This document shows, one piece after another, positions 1-13,736 of a stretch of DNA of 64,000 bases. Positions within the stretch are counted from its first letter, which is position 1. Every line of letters begins with the position of its first letter. The DNA comes from Dipteris shenzhenensis (taxonomy: Eukaryota). The position numbers were made by a program, and so were the translations under genes. Location of the stretch: assembly GCA_047967505.1 (NCBI GenBank), contig CM106538.1; one strand, 5' to 3'. Below the pieces are notes generated by a model that was not told the DNA's origin, did no database searches, and saw only the letters and a program-made list of their open reading frames with translations.

Positions 1-1135
1 CATGTGCATGTGAGAAGCATTGTCTGTCTCATCACCTCAAATACTCCTATGATCACTAATGCATTGCCAACCTTGAAAGAATTGAAGAGCGAGGTATACT
101 GGTAGCTTTAGGCCTACAATGAGGTTAATCAAGAAGCCTTGTGAGCTCTTTATATAGCTTGTGGTAAGTAATTGTCGTGTCTATAGATTGAATAGACTCA
201 AGATGAAGGCAGAGCACATGCAAATCAATTGGACACTTCTTTTACACATGACACCTCTCTTGGGCACACTTTTTCCACTGTTTTTTTCACTACCTCTATC
301 AAGTAACACTTTGATAGTCGGATTGGGGCCTGCCTACTTCTCTGCCTCATTCCCTTTGGTGGAGTCGATAAGAACGAGCACATGAGCTCCCTGCATTGTT
401 TGTGAAGTTACTGAATATGATTTTAAAAACTTGGACAGAAGCTAACAGATAAGCCCTAAATGCAAGGGACAATGGGGGATGTTACAAATTTCTTACTATT
501 AACAGACCTAGAAGTAGATGGAGATAGTTGAGACATCCATTGTAGAAAAAAATATTCATTGTGTTACCAATGCACAAAGGATGTAGGAGTTGGAGACACT
601 CGTACAATAACAAAGGAATCTTGGAAGAGCCTACAGAGAGCAGGGGTTATAGGAGAAACCACTTTGCAACTATAGCCTCTCACAACAACACAAAGTAGCT
701 ATAGACGCGCTTGGTAGATGCGCAAAATAGCGAGCGCGTCTATAGGCGTTGCTTTAGTAGAGGAATTACGGGCGCATCTAAAAGCACGTCTAACAACTCG
801 TCTATTTGCGCATATATTAACACGTTTACTTGCGCATCTAAATTGAGAAAATACGGGCCCGTCTAGCATCGCGTTTATCAGTGCATCTATTTGTGCATGT
901 ATTAGCGCGTTTATTTGCGCGTTTACACTGAGAATTAGATGCACATTTAGACGCATAGATAGATGCAAACCAGAGAATACAAAAAGTGAGATTTTGGTGT
1001 ACATCATTGCTTTCCAAACATTGCCCATGATTACCAAAGCACATAATATTTTGCAAGCCCACATATACAAGAATTAAGTGAGATGAGGAGAATGAGACAA
1101 TATGTAAAATAGTTTTGCCAATATCAATTATGGGG

Positions 1136-4100
1136 CTACGGTTCAATCTCATCCTCAATGAGATCAACCCTTGCCAAACTATCTACTTCAAAATCCAAAC
1201 AAGTGTTTAGATCTACAAATACATTCAACCCACTACTAGTGCCACTCATGTGCTCATCGAAATCAGCATCTCGAATGGTAGGCTCGTCCTCACAGGTAAT
1301 GGCATCAATATCTGTATCTCCTATCTCATGATCCTCCTCCTCTCTCGTATCACGGTCATCATCACGTCCATGGCCATGATCATCCTCCATATGCTCCATA
1401 TTAGTAAATGTACTATACATCACTTTGGAACGTGGCATGATAGGTATGACATGCCACCATCTATTATTATCCACCATTGGTTGATAGACAACCTAATTCA
1501 AACACAAATACAATCATGTTATTTTTCTTGCATCAAATATTTAAAAGCGAGTATTTTTATATGTGTGCACAGTACCTGTTCACATTGTTGCGGTAGTACT
1601 AGTGTGTCCTTCCTACTTTGCCAAAACTTTGTGGAGTCAATAGTTACAAAGCCACTTGCATAGCATTTGATTCTTCCGTTAGGGCCTCTTTCCACGTCCA
1701 CGTCCTTAAACCACTTTACATCCAAAACATACACAAAGAAGCGTCGAAAGTCAAGCATAATAATATCTTGGATTATGCCACAATAATCATCCATGGCTCC
1801 ATTGGCTCCCTCAAAGCTAGCAATGACACCGCAATCTTGTGTGTTTCTCTTATCATCAATCCGTTGTGTTCGAAAACGCTTGCCCTCACACCACATAGCA
1901 TTGAACATAGTGCACTACACCAAGAAAAAATCAATTAAATAAGCAATCTAAATTATTGAAAGCTCCTAACTTATGCATAAAATTCTATATACCGACCTTG
2001 CTCATGCATCCCCTAGCGTACTCCCATTCTTCCATTGTGATATGCATCCCCTCGTCTTTCTCTGCTTTCTCCATTTCATCAAGTAGCCAATCCACATGAA
2101 TATCCTTTGGAAGTGCTCTTAGATACTGAGGGTATGGCACACGAGATCCATGGTGTGTACGAAAGAGGGCCCTTTCTTCTTGTCTTCTTGCCTTTGCATC
2201 CTCATATCTTGTCACCCATCTTTTCATCACATCACTATTAAGCATGCAAAAGAGGTTGATACTATTATGCAACTCCGTGTCTATTACTTTGTTGCGTCCT
2301 TTCCCTTGAGGCACAATCTCGGGCATAATAGAGGTCATCCTTAGGTCTTCATCATCTCTCCATAGTCGTGGGAGAGAGCTATCCACATCAACAAGAAACT
2401 CAGAAATATATACAAGTGACTCTTGTACCAACCAACCCTCGGCCATGCTACCTTCAGGTCTTGCATTTTGTCTCACGAATCCCTTCAAGGTCTTTATGAA
2501 GCGCTCGAGGAAGAACAACCATCGTGCATGTATAGTACCGCATATAGCAATCTCATCCACCAAATGCACTATGAGATGTAGTTGGATTGTGAGAATAGAA
2601 CGTGGAAATGTCTCCTCCACTAAACAAATCGCCTCCATTGACATAACTCGAGCATTCTCAAGTGTGGTGGGATCTATTTCCTTTGAGCTCACATACCTAG
2701 AAATGAAAAAGTACAGCATATTAGCAATATGCATTCAAACTTGCATGGATCATTGATACGCATCATATTTTGTATCATGTAAAGTACCTCACAAGCTCGC
2801 CCATCTTGTAAATACAATCTTTCACGTCCTTCGTCGATGCACTACGTGAAATGCTAGTAGGTAGTATGAACTGAACCCACGAGGAGGTGGTTGATTAGTT
2901 GCTTATAACTATTCACTCACAAATTTGAAAGGAAAAAGATATTATGCACATAAAATACTTACTTGGAGCATCTTGTGCCAATCATGAGATTTCAAGCCAG
3001 ATAATTGCTCTACACCTCTTTTCTTGCTCTTTGTAAAGGCTCCCTTCAAACACCTCATGCATCCAGTGGGAGTACGAATTGTAGTAATAGCGCGCTTCAT
3101 CATCGCCATCTCTAGTTTTGATAACATCCACGGTGCACGAGGTAAAAAAACATGCCCATTTGGTCTCTCTTGAGGCCAAGCTTCATGCATCCTCCCTGTG
3201 GTACGCAGATCCTCCCTTATGCCTGCCGAATCTCGTGTCCCATTCAAATGCTCCCAAATGGTAGATGCCACATTCTTGAAGATATGCATGGGATCAAGCA
3301 GGTGATTGATCTTGAGGTGGGACCAATATGGTAAACGGTAAAAGATGGAGTATCTAAACAAAATAGTGTTAGCGGGCAATCTTTACTTTCAGCCAATATA
3401 GCCAATCTTTACTTCCAGCCAATAGTTACAAACCCTTACTGACTCATGCCAAGTGGTGGAGGAGTCGTGGAACCATCCCAAATTCTCATCCAATCTCCCG
3501 CAGTGAGTGATTATGGGAGGACTTCATTCCAAGGGGCAACATATCTAGGATGATCAGGTGGGAGAAATCGATGGTGATTCTCATAGATGACCTTATTCAA
3601 TGCGTCTTCCCATGAGGCAACTAGTGAAGGACCACAAACAGGACATGCATGGTAACTTGATGTAGTGAGACCTGAACAATAGACGCAATTAAGAGTTGAA
3701 GGTGGGTTTAGGGTGCCACATCCTTTGCCTATTCATAATTAGAAGTGCAATGCTTACCTGAACACTCGCCATAGCTTGGGAAGTCATGCATCGTCCACAT
3801 CAAGACTGCTTTGTAGTTGAAGCTCGTGACGAGGGAGGCCTGCTCACATCATGCACCTCGATACCTCTCCAAAGTATCTCTAGCTCATCAATCAAAGGCT
3901 CTAGATAAACATCAGGGTTTTTGACTTTATGTTTCCCTAGAATTAGAAGGGACAGCATAACATGTCCTTTCTTAATAGCCATAGAGGGTGGAAGATTGTA
4001 ATTCACCAATATCACTGGCCATACACTGTAAGACGTGCTTTCGAGACCAAATGGGTTCACACCGTTCATACCCAATCCAAGTCTCAAGCTCCTAGGTTCT

Positions 4101-5215
4101 TCCTTGAAGCTTGGCCATGTGTCTTCAATATGCTTCCATGCAGGAGAGTCCGCGGGAGTTCTCCACTTGCCATCGATTGATCGATGGGAGGAATGCCATG
4201 ACATGAGCTCTGCAATAGATTTGCACTTGAACATATGTTGGATGCGAGGGATTATGGGAAAATGTGGCAGAACCTTACGAGGCACATCCAAGGTTTTGAG
4301 ATCTACTCTATATCTTGTCTCTCCACAAGTAGGACACTCTCTTGCATCCTTATGTAGTCCACGAAACAAAACACAATCGTTGACACATGCATGGATGCGC
4401 TTGTAATCTAATCCTCCAAGAGAGGTCACATGTTGCCTTGCCATATCTCTTGAGGTCGGTAGTTTATTCTCCCTTGGAAGCATTTTACACAATAGCCTGC
4501 ACGTGAAGACCATAAATGAGGAAAAGCATTCGAGTAATTGACCCACTAGCATAATTCACCATGTTTGCAAAATAGACTTTAAAGCTTACTTAAGTAATGC
4601 ATTCAAACTTGCATTGCTCCATCCATAGATGGTTTGCAAGTTTAGTAACTCAAGGGAGGCACGTAGAACAGAGAATGTGCACCCCTCAAACAGTGGAGTC
4701 GATGCTGCAGTAAAAAGATCAACTTGCTCCATGCTATCATCCCTCCCTTGATGGACATATAAATCCTGCACCATATCATCAAACACCTCCTCCTCCATAG
4801 CTTCATGAGGTAATGGCGGAGGGCTACTATCACCATCACTCCATGCATCCGTAACAGTCCCTCCTGAAGATCCCACCTCATATCGCCGACGCTTCGCCTC
4901 CTCATGGCGAGCATAGGGCAACATATGCGAGTGTGGCACTGCATCCTGTATCAAATTAAAACGGGATCATAACTCAAACATATGAACACCCATAGGTATC
5001 TCAATCAACCTTAACTTACAAACCCTTACCCTGTTTACGGTCACATCCCATTCTCCATACTTTGAGATATGATTGAGTGTAATCCTGCATGCACGATACA
5101 TGTTTCCTCGACATCGATCACATAGACATTTGATTTTTTGCTCCAACCACATTTCACGATGGTGGATACGGAGGGATTCATCCTCATTGGAGCTACTTGT
5201 TGAAGATGAAGACAT
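1136..5215 (-). pseudogene. CACTA Tnp2/TnpD transposase (Transposase_21, DUF4218, DUF4216-like), multi-exon, disrupted
   Basis: ORF pieces with hallmark motifs: KCLCDRC, IHACVNDCVLFR..CPTCGETRY, DSPAWKHI, GVNPFG..SVWPVILVNYNLPP, HLLDPMHIFKNV, GLKSHDWH, QLHLIVHL..RWLFFLERFIKTLKGFVRQNARPEGSMAEGW, YCGIIQDII..VKWF, LPQQCEQV; GT-AG introns; frameshifts and stops. Confidence 0.92.
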
Positions 5216-5274
5216 CCTACAAAAAAAAAGCCCACCAGATTTGCTCTTCTTCAAATATTTAATTTTAAACTCTG

Positions 5275-5925
5275 TAGCGCATCTAAAGGCGCGTCTAAAA
5301 GCGCGTCTAAAGGCACATCTACTCTATGTATTTAGACACGCCTATAGACGTGATTATAGACGTAGCTTTTAAACCTACTTTTAGCGCGCTCGCTTTGCTT
5401 TTCTTCACATTACTTATACTTCGTGCGGTTTGCTTCCTTCCTTATTAGCAGATCCATAGTTTCGACGCTTAAGAGGAAGGCTCCCATACTTACTTCTAAG
5501 CTTACACTTAAGAGGAAGGCACCCACACTTACTTCCAAGCTTAAAGGAGAGGAGGATGAACAAGGAGAAGAAGCAACTTTGAAAAAGAAGAAGAACATTC
5601 CATACCTCTATCCCAGTAAGTCCTTTTGCAATTGATCTTGTTTGGAATTTGCTCTCTTTAGATTTGTACTTTCTCGTATCCAAGAAACGCATGATCTGGG
5701 TATCAGTGTCACGTTTGTGTGTCAGGCGCAATGTCCTTTTCTACTTTTTAGAAATTCCATCTATCAGAGCGTGTCTATAGGTGCGTCTCAGAGCATATCT
5801 AAAACCGCATCTATAGGTGCGTCTAAACGTGCATCTAGTTTGTTTGCAGACATAGATAGACACGTCTATAGATGCGCTGTTAGATGCAAAAATAGATGCG
5901 CTAATCAGATGCGTCTATAGACATG
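5275..5925. repeat. Internal clusters of the element's subterminal motif (GCGTCTA/TAGACGC) between the two divergent genes
   Basis: Many GCGTCTA/GCATCTA/TAGACGC copies at ~5275-5390 and ~5760-5925; same motif at ~700-965 and ~7790-8045. Confidence 0.8.
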
Positions 5926-6114
5926 CTCCGACAATAAGCCTCTCTTCCGTTCCCCTTTCTTCTCAGCTCATCAGTAATATATTTTTTTCCTTTTTTCCAG
6001 TTCAACATGTGGCCAGGAAGCGCTTTCAGCTCACCTGATCCCTGAGATTCTATTTGGAAGGACTTATATAACCTTTTAGGACACCCTCCTAGTCTTGCGG
6101 AGTTATACGGGTAT

Positions 6115-7472
6115 ATGATGGGTACTCTAAACACTCCCCAGGAGTCGGCACTACAGACTCCAAACCACCCCACACCGCCTGAGATCACCCAAGCAGAGTC
6201 AGCACAGTCGTCTTATGCCCCTTCTTATGCCCCTTCCCCCATACCGTCTTATGCCCCTTCCCCCATGCCGTCTTATGTCCCTTTTGCCATCCCGCCTTAT
6301 GTCCCTTCCCCCATGCCATCAGGAGGTCCTTTTGTCTCGCAGAGCCGTCGATGTACTCCTGTGCCGTCGAGACTCGGTTCTCCAGCTACGAGTGGTTAGT
6401 GTAGTCCCGTGCAGTCTCCAACTACGAGTGGCCAGCGTACGAGCTCGACACGACACGGTAGCAAGTGTAGTAGCAGGGAGAGCGGTGGGGGATGCATGGC
6501 AGAGTGCTTTGGGAGGGGTGGTGGTGGGGACAATGATGATTCAGATGATTTAGATGTGCCTCCTGGTGATGGTACAATATTCTATGACATCACTCAAACA
6601 GGAGGCATCTTGATGGATGCGCGGGGGAAGGACATCATGGCCTTCATGCGCTCCTGTAATTGCTAACAATTACAGAGATTGCTTTATCCACTTCAAAGAC
6701 CATCCAAAGCGATTGGCTGATGAGACCCTCGCTGCTGTTCGCTCTAAGTATCCTAACCCCCCCAATCGCCAGTTCATAGATAAATGGGCCAAGTCAAAGA
6801 TTGTTATGATACTTGGCAATAAAAGATCTTCGCTTAAGAGACAGGCACTAGCGGAGCTTGCCAGGCTTGAGGGAGGTCAACCACCAAGGGGCCCACCCCA
6901 CACCGCTCACAAGCGTGAGTGAAAGAAAGCAATGAAGTCAACGAGGGAGGACCCCAGTCTGTAGCACGTGGAGGCACGGAGGATCCAGATGGAGGAATAT
7001 GGAAGTGTGCATTTTAGAGCAGGGGGTGTTGAATCATGGGAGGCCCAATTTGTAAGTATCGATCTCAAATTATATTGCTTATGTAGTTTATTAGGAGGTT
7101 GTTTCTTTGTACTAATCCCTCCGCAAAGTGTGTCGTCTTGCAGCTTGAGATCGTGGGCAGATACCCTACTCCTGTGGAGACAGCCTACCACCGCCACCAT
7201 CGCAGAGGAGATACATGGAGGTACTTCTATGATGATGGGTTGATTACTGAGGAGTAGTATACCCGGGCTACTGGAGAAGCCCCCGAGGTATTTGAAAGTA
7301 ATTAAATAATGCCAAAATTATAAGTAAAGATTTGATTTTTCATACATTGATATATGTTGTCTCTTGTTTATAGGCCCGTGCACAAGACGATGAGGAAGAC
7401 GAGGAAGGAGGTGTAGAAGGGAGCACAGAAGGGAGTGTGGAAGGGAGCGAGGACCTGGAGAACATAGATTAG
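6115..7472 (+). pseudogene. CACTA second gene (TnpA/Ptta-En/Spm-like), 3 coding exons, disrupted
   Basis: Pro/Ser-rich N-terminus, then KYPNPPNRQF...GNKRSSLKR...HFRAGG, donor GTAAGT at 7052, exons ~7144-7287 and ~7373-7472 (acidic tail); homologous to the + gene in the second CACTA (KYPNPPNWEF...HFGAGG). Confidence 0.7.
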
Positions 7473-10400
7473 TCATAGAAGTAGTGCTTAGCTACTCTTT
7501 TTTATACTTAAAGCCACTGGCTTGGCTTCATGCCTCTTGTATATACACTCCTCTTATTTTTTGTACTTGAAGCCACATGACGTGGCTTAGCTTCGTGCTA
7601 TATGTATATACAAGCACTTTTTGAGCTTTCAATTTTATTGCGTTTTGGAGTTGTAATGTTTTATTTGGAATTGTAATTAAAATGCGATTGGCTGTAAGAA
7701 TTGAATTACACAATGTGAATATGGGATTCTTGTAACTATATCACATACACAACATACACAGCATTCTGTAAATTTTTAAAAAAAAAATCAAGTGCGTCTA
7801 TCAGTGTGTCTATAAATGCGTCTATATACGCGTCTGTCTGTTCGACAAGCATCTATTTTTTCATCTATAAACGCATTTATAAGCGCGTCTATTTAAGCAT
7901 CTAAGTGTATGTCTATACACGCGTGTGTCTGATATATAGACACACTGGTAGACGTAGGTCTCCAGACGCGAAAATAGACGCACAAATAGACGCGCCCGTA
8001 AGTTTTTTATTTAGTTCAGTAAATGCATCTGTGTGCGCGTCTATGGGTGCTTTGTCTTGTTGTGTCTACGATAGCGTTCGACCGCCCTTGGGCAAGTTTT
8101 ATTGTACTTTCAAGAAGGCAGGCATTGCAGAGATATTGAGTAACATGAAGAGGAAGAGAGCCATGCAAGCAGCGGAAAATCCATAAGTCTCATGGTTCTC
8201 CATGAGATAGAGTACATAAGGTTACCTCTATAGTACATAGAAGTACGTATAGTACATTTCCCTTAGAAGGCACCTGTGAGCCACTAAAAGAACCCCTCTT
8301 TGGTTGGTACTTTACCCTTAAAGAGAAGGAAAACTCTACATGCATATAACCAGTTGTCTTCCGTTAAATCTTCTCTGGGCTGATATCAACTTGTGCCTTG
8401 AGCACTTTATTGATGCTAGAGCCTTCCACATTTCTGATTGAAGGGTGAACTCTTTATATGCATTCTTGAAGACGTTGGATCGATTGTTTTTTATATAGCC
8501 TAGTGGTAAAACCTTGCATGGGTAGTCATCATCTTCCCCTTAGCATGAAATTTTGAAGCTATCCAACCCCCTTTGTGGTTTTCTTTCATCCTTCAACCTT
8601 ATATGCATCTTCGACATATGCCATACCCTTTGTGCTTTTCCTTGATCCTTTAACATTACTATGCATCTTTGACATATGTAATACAAAAAGTAGACTAAAC
8701 CAAACATCTAAAGACTCTCCTAAGCCTTAGCTCTCCTTGAGGAGTCCTTGAGCTCCATGCAATTAACATGAGCTCCAAGAGCAACTTGCAACATCTCCTT
8801 AGTTACACTTAAGGAATTAGATGAGAGCCAAATAGCTGGGGTATGATGAAAACATAATATGATGAGAATTGACCTGTAAATATAAAAGTAAAGGGTTTTC
8901 ATCAATTGCAAGTTTCAAAGGTATGCAAGCTTTGACGTAGAAATAAAAAGTAAAGTCTTTTCTAAATAATGTGCTAGATGCTCAAAAGATGTTAAGGCAT
9001 TTTGAATTCTATATAAAATGTTTGCAATTTTTAAATTAGAGTAGAAGAAACTAGGTCATAGGTTTCTGCCTGGGACCGCGAGAGTGGGTAGGTAGTAGGC
9101 AATTCCAAAAAGTTTATGATTTACATTAACAATGCACTATTTCTTTCTCCTTTTTTAAAGAACAAGTGCGTTTACTAATAAAGCTAAAAGATGGGCACTC
9201 TTAAGACTTCTATGAACTTCATCATGCAACTAATGACGCTAAGCATCGAGATTAGTGTGAGGAGCTTCTTTTTTTAATTGTGACAATGTCCAAGGTGCTT
9301 CTTCTTTGACTATTTAGTAGTGAGCTCATATCAATGATGCTGCTTAGTTGAGGTCTTCAAACGTTTATGGAGTCCTTAGTGAGGGTGCGAAGCCCTTCTC
9401 TTTCTCCTTTGAATGTTGGAATCTCTTCTTTAAAAGTTATGGAAAGCTTAATTTTGCAATTGAATGTTTTCAAAGTGAAATAATTTTTGAAATTTTGAAT
9501 TATTTACAAATGTAGAACGCACATGTTTTGGTTGGCAAAGCCAGTTCTTGTCCATGAGCGTAAATTTATCTCTTTATGAGATTTGAGGCCTGCAATTTAG
9601 AGGCTTGAATTATGAATCTTGATCTCAGCTAAATTGCATTTGAATGATTTGTAGTAATCTGCTGCTGCCGCATCTCTTTAAAGTTTCAAGCATCGTGCTG
9701 CACAGTGCAGGCTGCAGGCTGGATGACTGGATCTCTCAGCCGCTCAGCGCTGAATCCAGTAAAACATTTTACGATCCTCCGGTCACTCTATTCAGTGCTT
9801 ATTCTGCTCTCTTCTGAGGGAGCTACGTACCGGCCTCGATTGATGCTGATATAGTAAGTAGCTGGTTGCAATCACGAAAATGCAACTGGTCTCAGATGTG
9901 GCCAGTAGGCTGTTGCTTTCAGCTAGTTGCCGTGAATCCATCGCTGTATTTGCGGTCGCACTGTGGCAGTTGACTCATACGTTGGGACCAATGCTACGAT
10001 CTCTCTCTCTCTCGCACTCAGCTATCTCGACGCAACGAAGTAACGATGAACAATATGAAGGCACCGCCGCACCCAACTACTGAAAGAATGACCGATCATC
10101 TGCTCGGTCACTTGGTGGCAGACTTGTTTGGAGCTCTAATCTGTGACATTTGAGCGCTACGACAACCAAACTTGGATTCAACACTTGTAAGAAACCTTAA
10201 AAATTTGCATGGGCGGTGGTGTGGGAGTGTCATCCCGAAGTTGCAAGGAGCCCTGGGGAGGGATTACTACTTATTAGGTGAGATCAGTGCCGCTCTCGAA
10301 GGCTAGGCATTCCTGGAGAAAGGCTCTTCTGAGTTCTGAAGACGTGTTCTTGGCCTGCCGGCAATTTTTATATTTTCACAGATCTAAGTATCAGCTGGTT

Positions 10401-12399
10401 GTAACTTGTATATTCCTCCCAGGAGCTTCTTCTTTTGTCTTCCATTTGTACATCTAGATTGTGCCTAAATGCTTATAAGCCATCCTTTAAGTGTTGTGTT
10501 ATTACATATTTATACAGAGCTTAAATAACGCAGATTTTCTCCTACGTTGACACACGATAGTCGAAACTTGAGTATTCCATTCCGATATAATGCTAGTTAT
10601 TGGAATCAGTTAGCATAGTTTTCAATGCTTTTGTAGTGATGCATGCTCAAAGCACCATACTCTTCCACAAGCACTGATCTCACCGCCATGCACGGTGCAC
10701 CGTGTAAATAAGTAATTTTTTCTACAACTTTAACGATAATTAAGAATACCAATCTCGATTCTCACAGCGTGAAGATTCCCAATTCCAATTTCCATTAAAG
10801 AAACACAAAGCGGCAAAGGATCCTTTTGTCTGACCACACACAGAATACCTCCAGCATGACCTTGGTTTTTGCCGAATCCTGATGATCAAACCCACAACGA
10901 TTCGCCCTTGTTCTTTATAAATCTTGGTGCGCGCTGCCACCGTATGTCATGCGCGCTTCGATTCCCACAACGGTCCCCCGAAGCGACAAATGACCACCAA
11001 AATTGCACCAAAGGAATTCTGGTTCACCTTTGTCTGTCAGCTAGATTACAACTTCGCTGGAAACCACATATAAGTACCTACAATAGCTTCACCTCTTTTT
11101 ACAGTTTCCTACACTTTTGTTGCCTTCATCTTTGTTTTTCATTCCCTACTCTGAAAATATTCCTTCTCTAAAAAAGTAAATTTCGTCTTTTGGAAAATTT
11201 ATTGCACTTCTTTTAAAAGTTTTTGGTCACCCGTTTAATAAGAACACATACCCCTTTAACATTTCCACTTTTTTCCTCCACCTTTCATCCCTACTAAAAT
11301 TATATCTTGGGCTTCTTTGAAAAGAATTTTCTTAATGGTTTGCTTGCTTGGGCATCACTTATTTTCTTTCCACTTTTTAATACTTCTACTCTCAAGTATT
11401 TTAATAGATAATATATGATCAATGCACAATTTCTTCACTCTTATTTCTAAATTTAAATCTCTCTAATGATTTTTTTGGTTATTAAAAATAAATTATTTAT
11501 TGAAAGCAACAATCTCCCTAAATAAGGAAATTTTAAATAAGATGGATTAAAGAGATTCAAACATTTACATCAATCACAATCGTAAGGTGAAGGTATAACT
11601 TGATAGTATAGATGATAAAATGGGACATTCATGGATTTTCTTATTTATCCATAAATTTGGATATTTATTTGCTAACAACTAATGTATTGCTTTGTAATTG
11701 AGCGAAAAAATATTTGCAAAATTCTTTTGTATCAATCATGAAAAAAATGGATACCCCACTTAATGAGCTAATACTACAAGTAATGTTAACATAACAAATA
11801 TAAATTATTTTCTATAACCCCACAACATTATCTATTTTTGGAACATTATTAATGTAACTATTAATAGTATCATAAGTAGTAGCACATGATGTCTCCTTCT
11901 CAGTATGTAATTCATGTATGAGCTAGCATAATTTACTCCTTCTGCTGCATCGAGGCTGAGTCAATTAAATACATGTACAAAAATGAGTAGGGATGTTTTT
12001 GTTAAAGCTATACTTATATATTTTGATAAAATCTTGGCGAAAGTTTATCAAGCTAGTTTTTCTAGTTTCGCAATATTTGTAGAACATATTACACTTTTAT
12101 ATATTTTCTTTTTAATTTTAAAGAAAAAGTTATAAATCTTGGCAAAACTTTAAAATTTTTCTAATAAAAGTTTCAAATCTTGGCGAATTTTTCAAACCTT
12201 TTGTTAAAATTAAGGCATACAAACTTTCGACACCAATATAAAAGTTTTGCTTCTTAACAAAACTAATAGGAAAAAATCATCCATGAAAATGCGGCTAAAC
12301 TTATCTAAGCTAACATGATTAAGGAGAGTGAACTTCACGAGAGGCTGCCACGTGGTGACCAAGCTTAGAGAGAGAGAGAGAGAGAGATTTGGGTGCATA

Positions 12400-12810
12400 G
12401 AGGTCTCGTAAAAGACAAGAGCGACTTGTAGAAATGTGGAGTGGAAGTGTGCAAGCTATAAAGGTATACTCCATGGTTGCAACACTTGCCGATGATGATC
12501 CTCTTGGCCATTTATTTTGGATTGCATAAGTGATTGGTTTGATCACATCTGAGACTGGAGATATTATTTCCCTTCAAGTGCATTGGTTTAGAAACAGAGT
12601 CATGATGCGTACAATGGAAAGTACACCCCTAAAATGGTCACAAATACTCGTGGTAGGGGAAAGCAAAGAGGAGTAAAAAATCAACCACATGTCACTGTGT
12701 TTGTTCTTGATGAGGTTGACATTCTTGTTTATGACTTTCAATTGACCAATGCTAGACATCTTCGCAACAAGACAATTGGCATCATCAAACAAAAGCTCTC
12801 AAAGAAATGC
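12400..12810 (+). pseudogene. Decayed coding fragment, Tudor/SH3-like motif pattern of the kind seen at DNA-transposase C-termini
   Basis: Reads MVATLADDDPLGHLFWIA*VIGL..LQVHWF/(frameshift)DAYNGKY..ILVYDFQLTNARHLRNKTIGII; one stop and one frameshift; family assignment is by recollection only. Confidence 0.4.
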
Positions 12811-12814
12811 ATTG

Positions 12815-12815
<1 letters not shown>

Positions 12816-12861
<46 letters not shown>

Positions 12862-12926
12862 TGTGTGTACATACATACGCATGTGTGTATTATAACACAT
12901 AATACACACATGCATATGTATGTATG

Positions 12927-12962
<36 letters not shown>

Positions 12963-12982
12963 AAGTATGTATGTATGTGCAT

Positions 12983-13008
<26 letters not shown>
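12816..13008. repeat. (GT)n followed by (CA)n microsatellites
   Basis: Direct reading; the GT and CA tracts are mutually complementary. Confidence 0.95.
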
Positions 13009-13013
<5 letters not shown>

Positions 13014-13249
13014 TATCTTCTTCCTTGATGGATGCAATGGTGCATATAACTAATGAGGGGAATACTGGTTAGGTAGGACATTGGAGATCAGCGAACGAAT
13101 TGGTGATCAATGGCCTAAGACTAGAGGATACAACTATCTCAAGTTTGGAAATTCATAGAGAACTTGAAAACTATTGATGACTCTATTGAAGCTAAAATAG
13201 AGGTATTGCAAAGCCGTCCTATTTGTCAAAGTTCTTGGGCATCACCCAT

Positions 13250-13736
13250 AAATTTGGTGGTTGACAAGGAAACTCATACTAGAATATTCTGCATGTTGAG
13301 CTAAGATAGGATGTTGCTGGAGAGAGGATGCTAGCACAGATCGATATGGTGTGTAGCAAAGTAACTAGCTAACTCAGTTGTTACATCACCCATTAAATTA
13401 TTTCTAACAAAATCAAGCCACCACAGTTTGTTCATCTACCAAGCTCCTATTGAATGGCTTTGAAGAGCTGCTTCATTAGAGATGAAGCTGTGTTAGGGCC
13501 AAGCAGTTTCCCAAGGTTAGAGAGAGATAAATTTGTTGGTTGACAAAACTCATGCCAGGATATTCAGCATGTTGAGCTTATATGGGATGTTGCTCAAGAG
13601 ACGATGCATGCATAGATCAATATGTTGTAGAGCTAAGTAACTAGCTAAGGTAGTTGTTAAATCACCCATTAAATTATTTCTAACAAGAGTAAGCCACCAC
13701 ACTTTATTCATTTATTCATCTACCAAGCTCATATTG
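13250..13736. repeat. Diverged direct repeat (~200-bp core, ~280-bp spacing)
   Basis: AAATTTG(G/T)TGGTTGACAA...CACCCATTAAATTATTTCTAACAA...TTCATCTACCAAGCTC occurs at ~13250-13453 and ~13529-13736. Confidence 0.85.

Larger units (their letters stand above)
681..8064. mobile_element. CACTA/EnSpm DNA transposon 1, complete ends, non-canonical CACAA termini
   Basis: Left end CACAACAACACAAAGTAGCTATAGACGCGC (681-710) matches the reverse complement of the right end (CACAACAAGACAAAGCACCCATAGACGCGC, 8035-8064); 3-bp TSD TCT at 678-680 and 8065-8067; subterminal ATAGACGCGC-type repeats; Tnp2-type transposase inside. Confidence 0.93.

Noticed and set aside
1-680. Decayed coding-like sequence continuing after 8067
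   Set aside because: Too many stops and no identifiable motif; cannot assign to a family.
10340-10430. Resemblance to a TAS3 miR390 site and tasiARF
   Set aside because: CTTGTATATTCCTCCCAGGAGCTT needs a gap and several mismatches; no convincing tasiARF or second site.
11286-12310. hAT-like TIR words (CATCCCTA at 11286, TAGGGATG at 11988)
   Set aside because: They face outward, with no matching 8-bp TSD; at most one orphan end.
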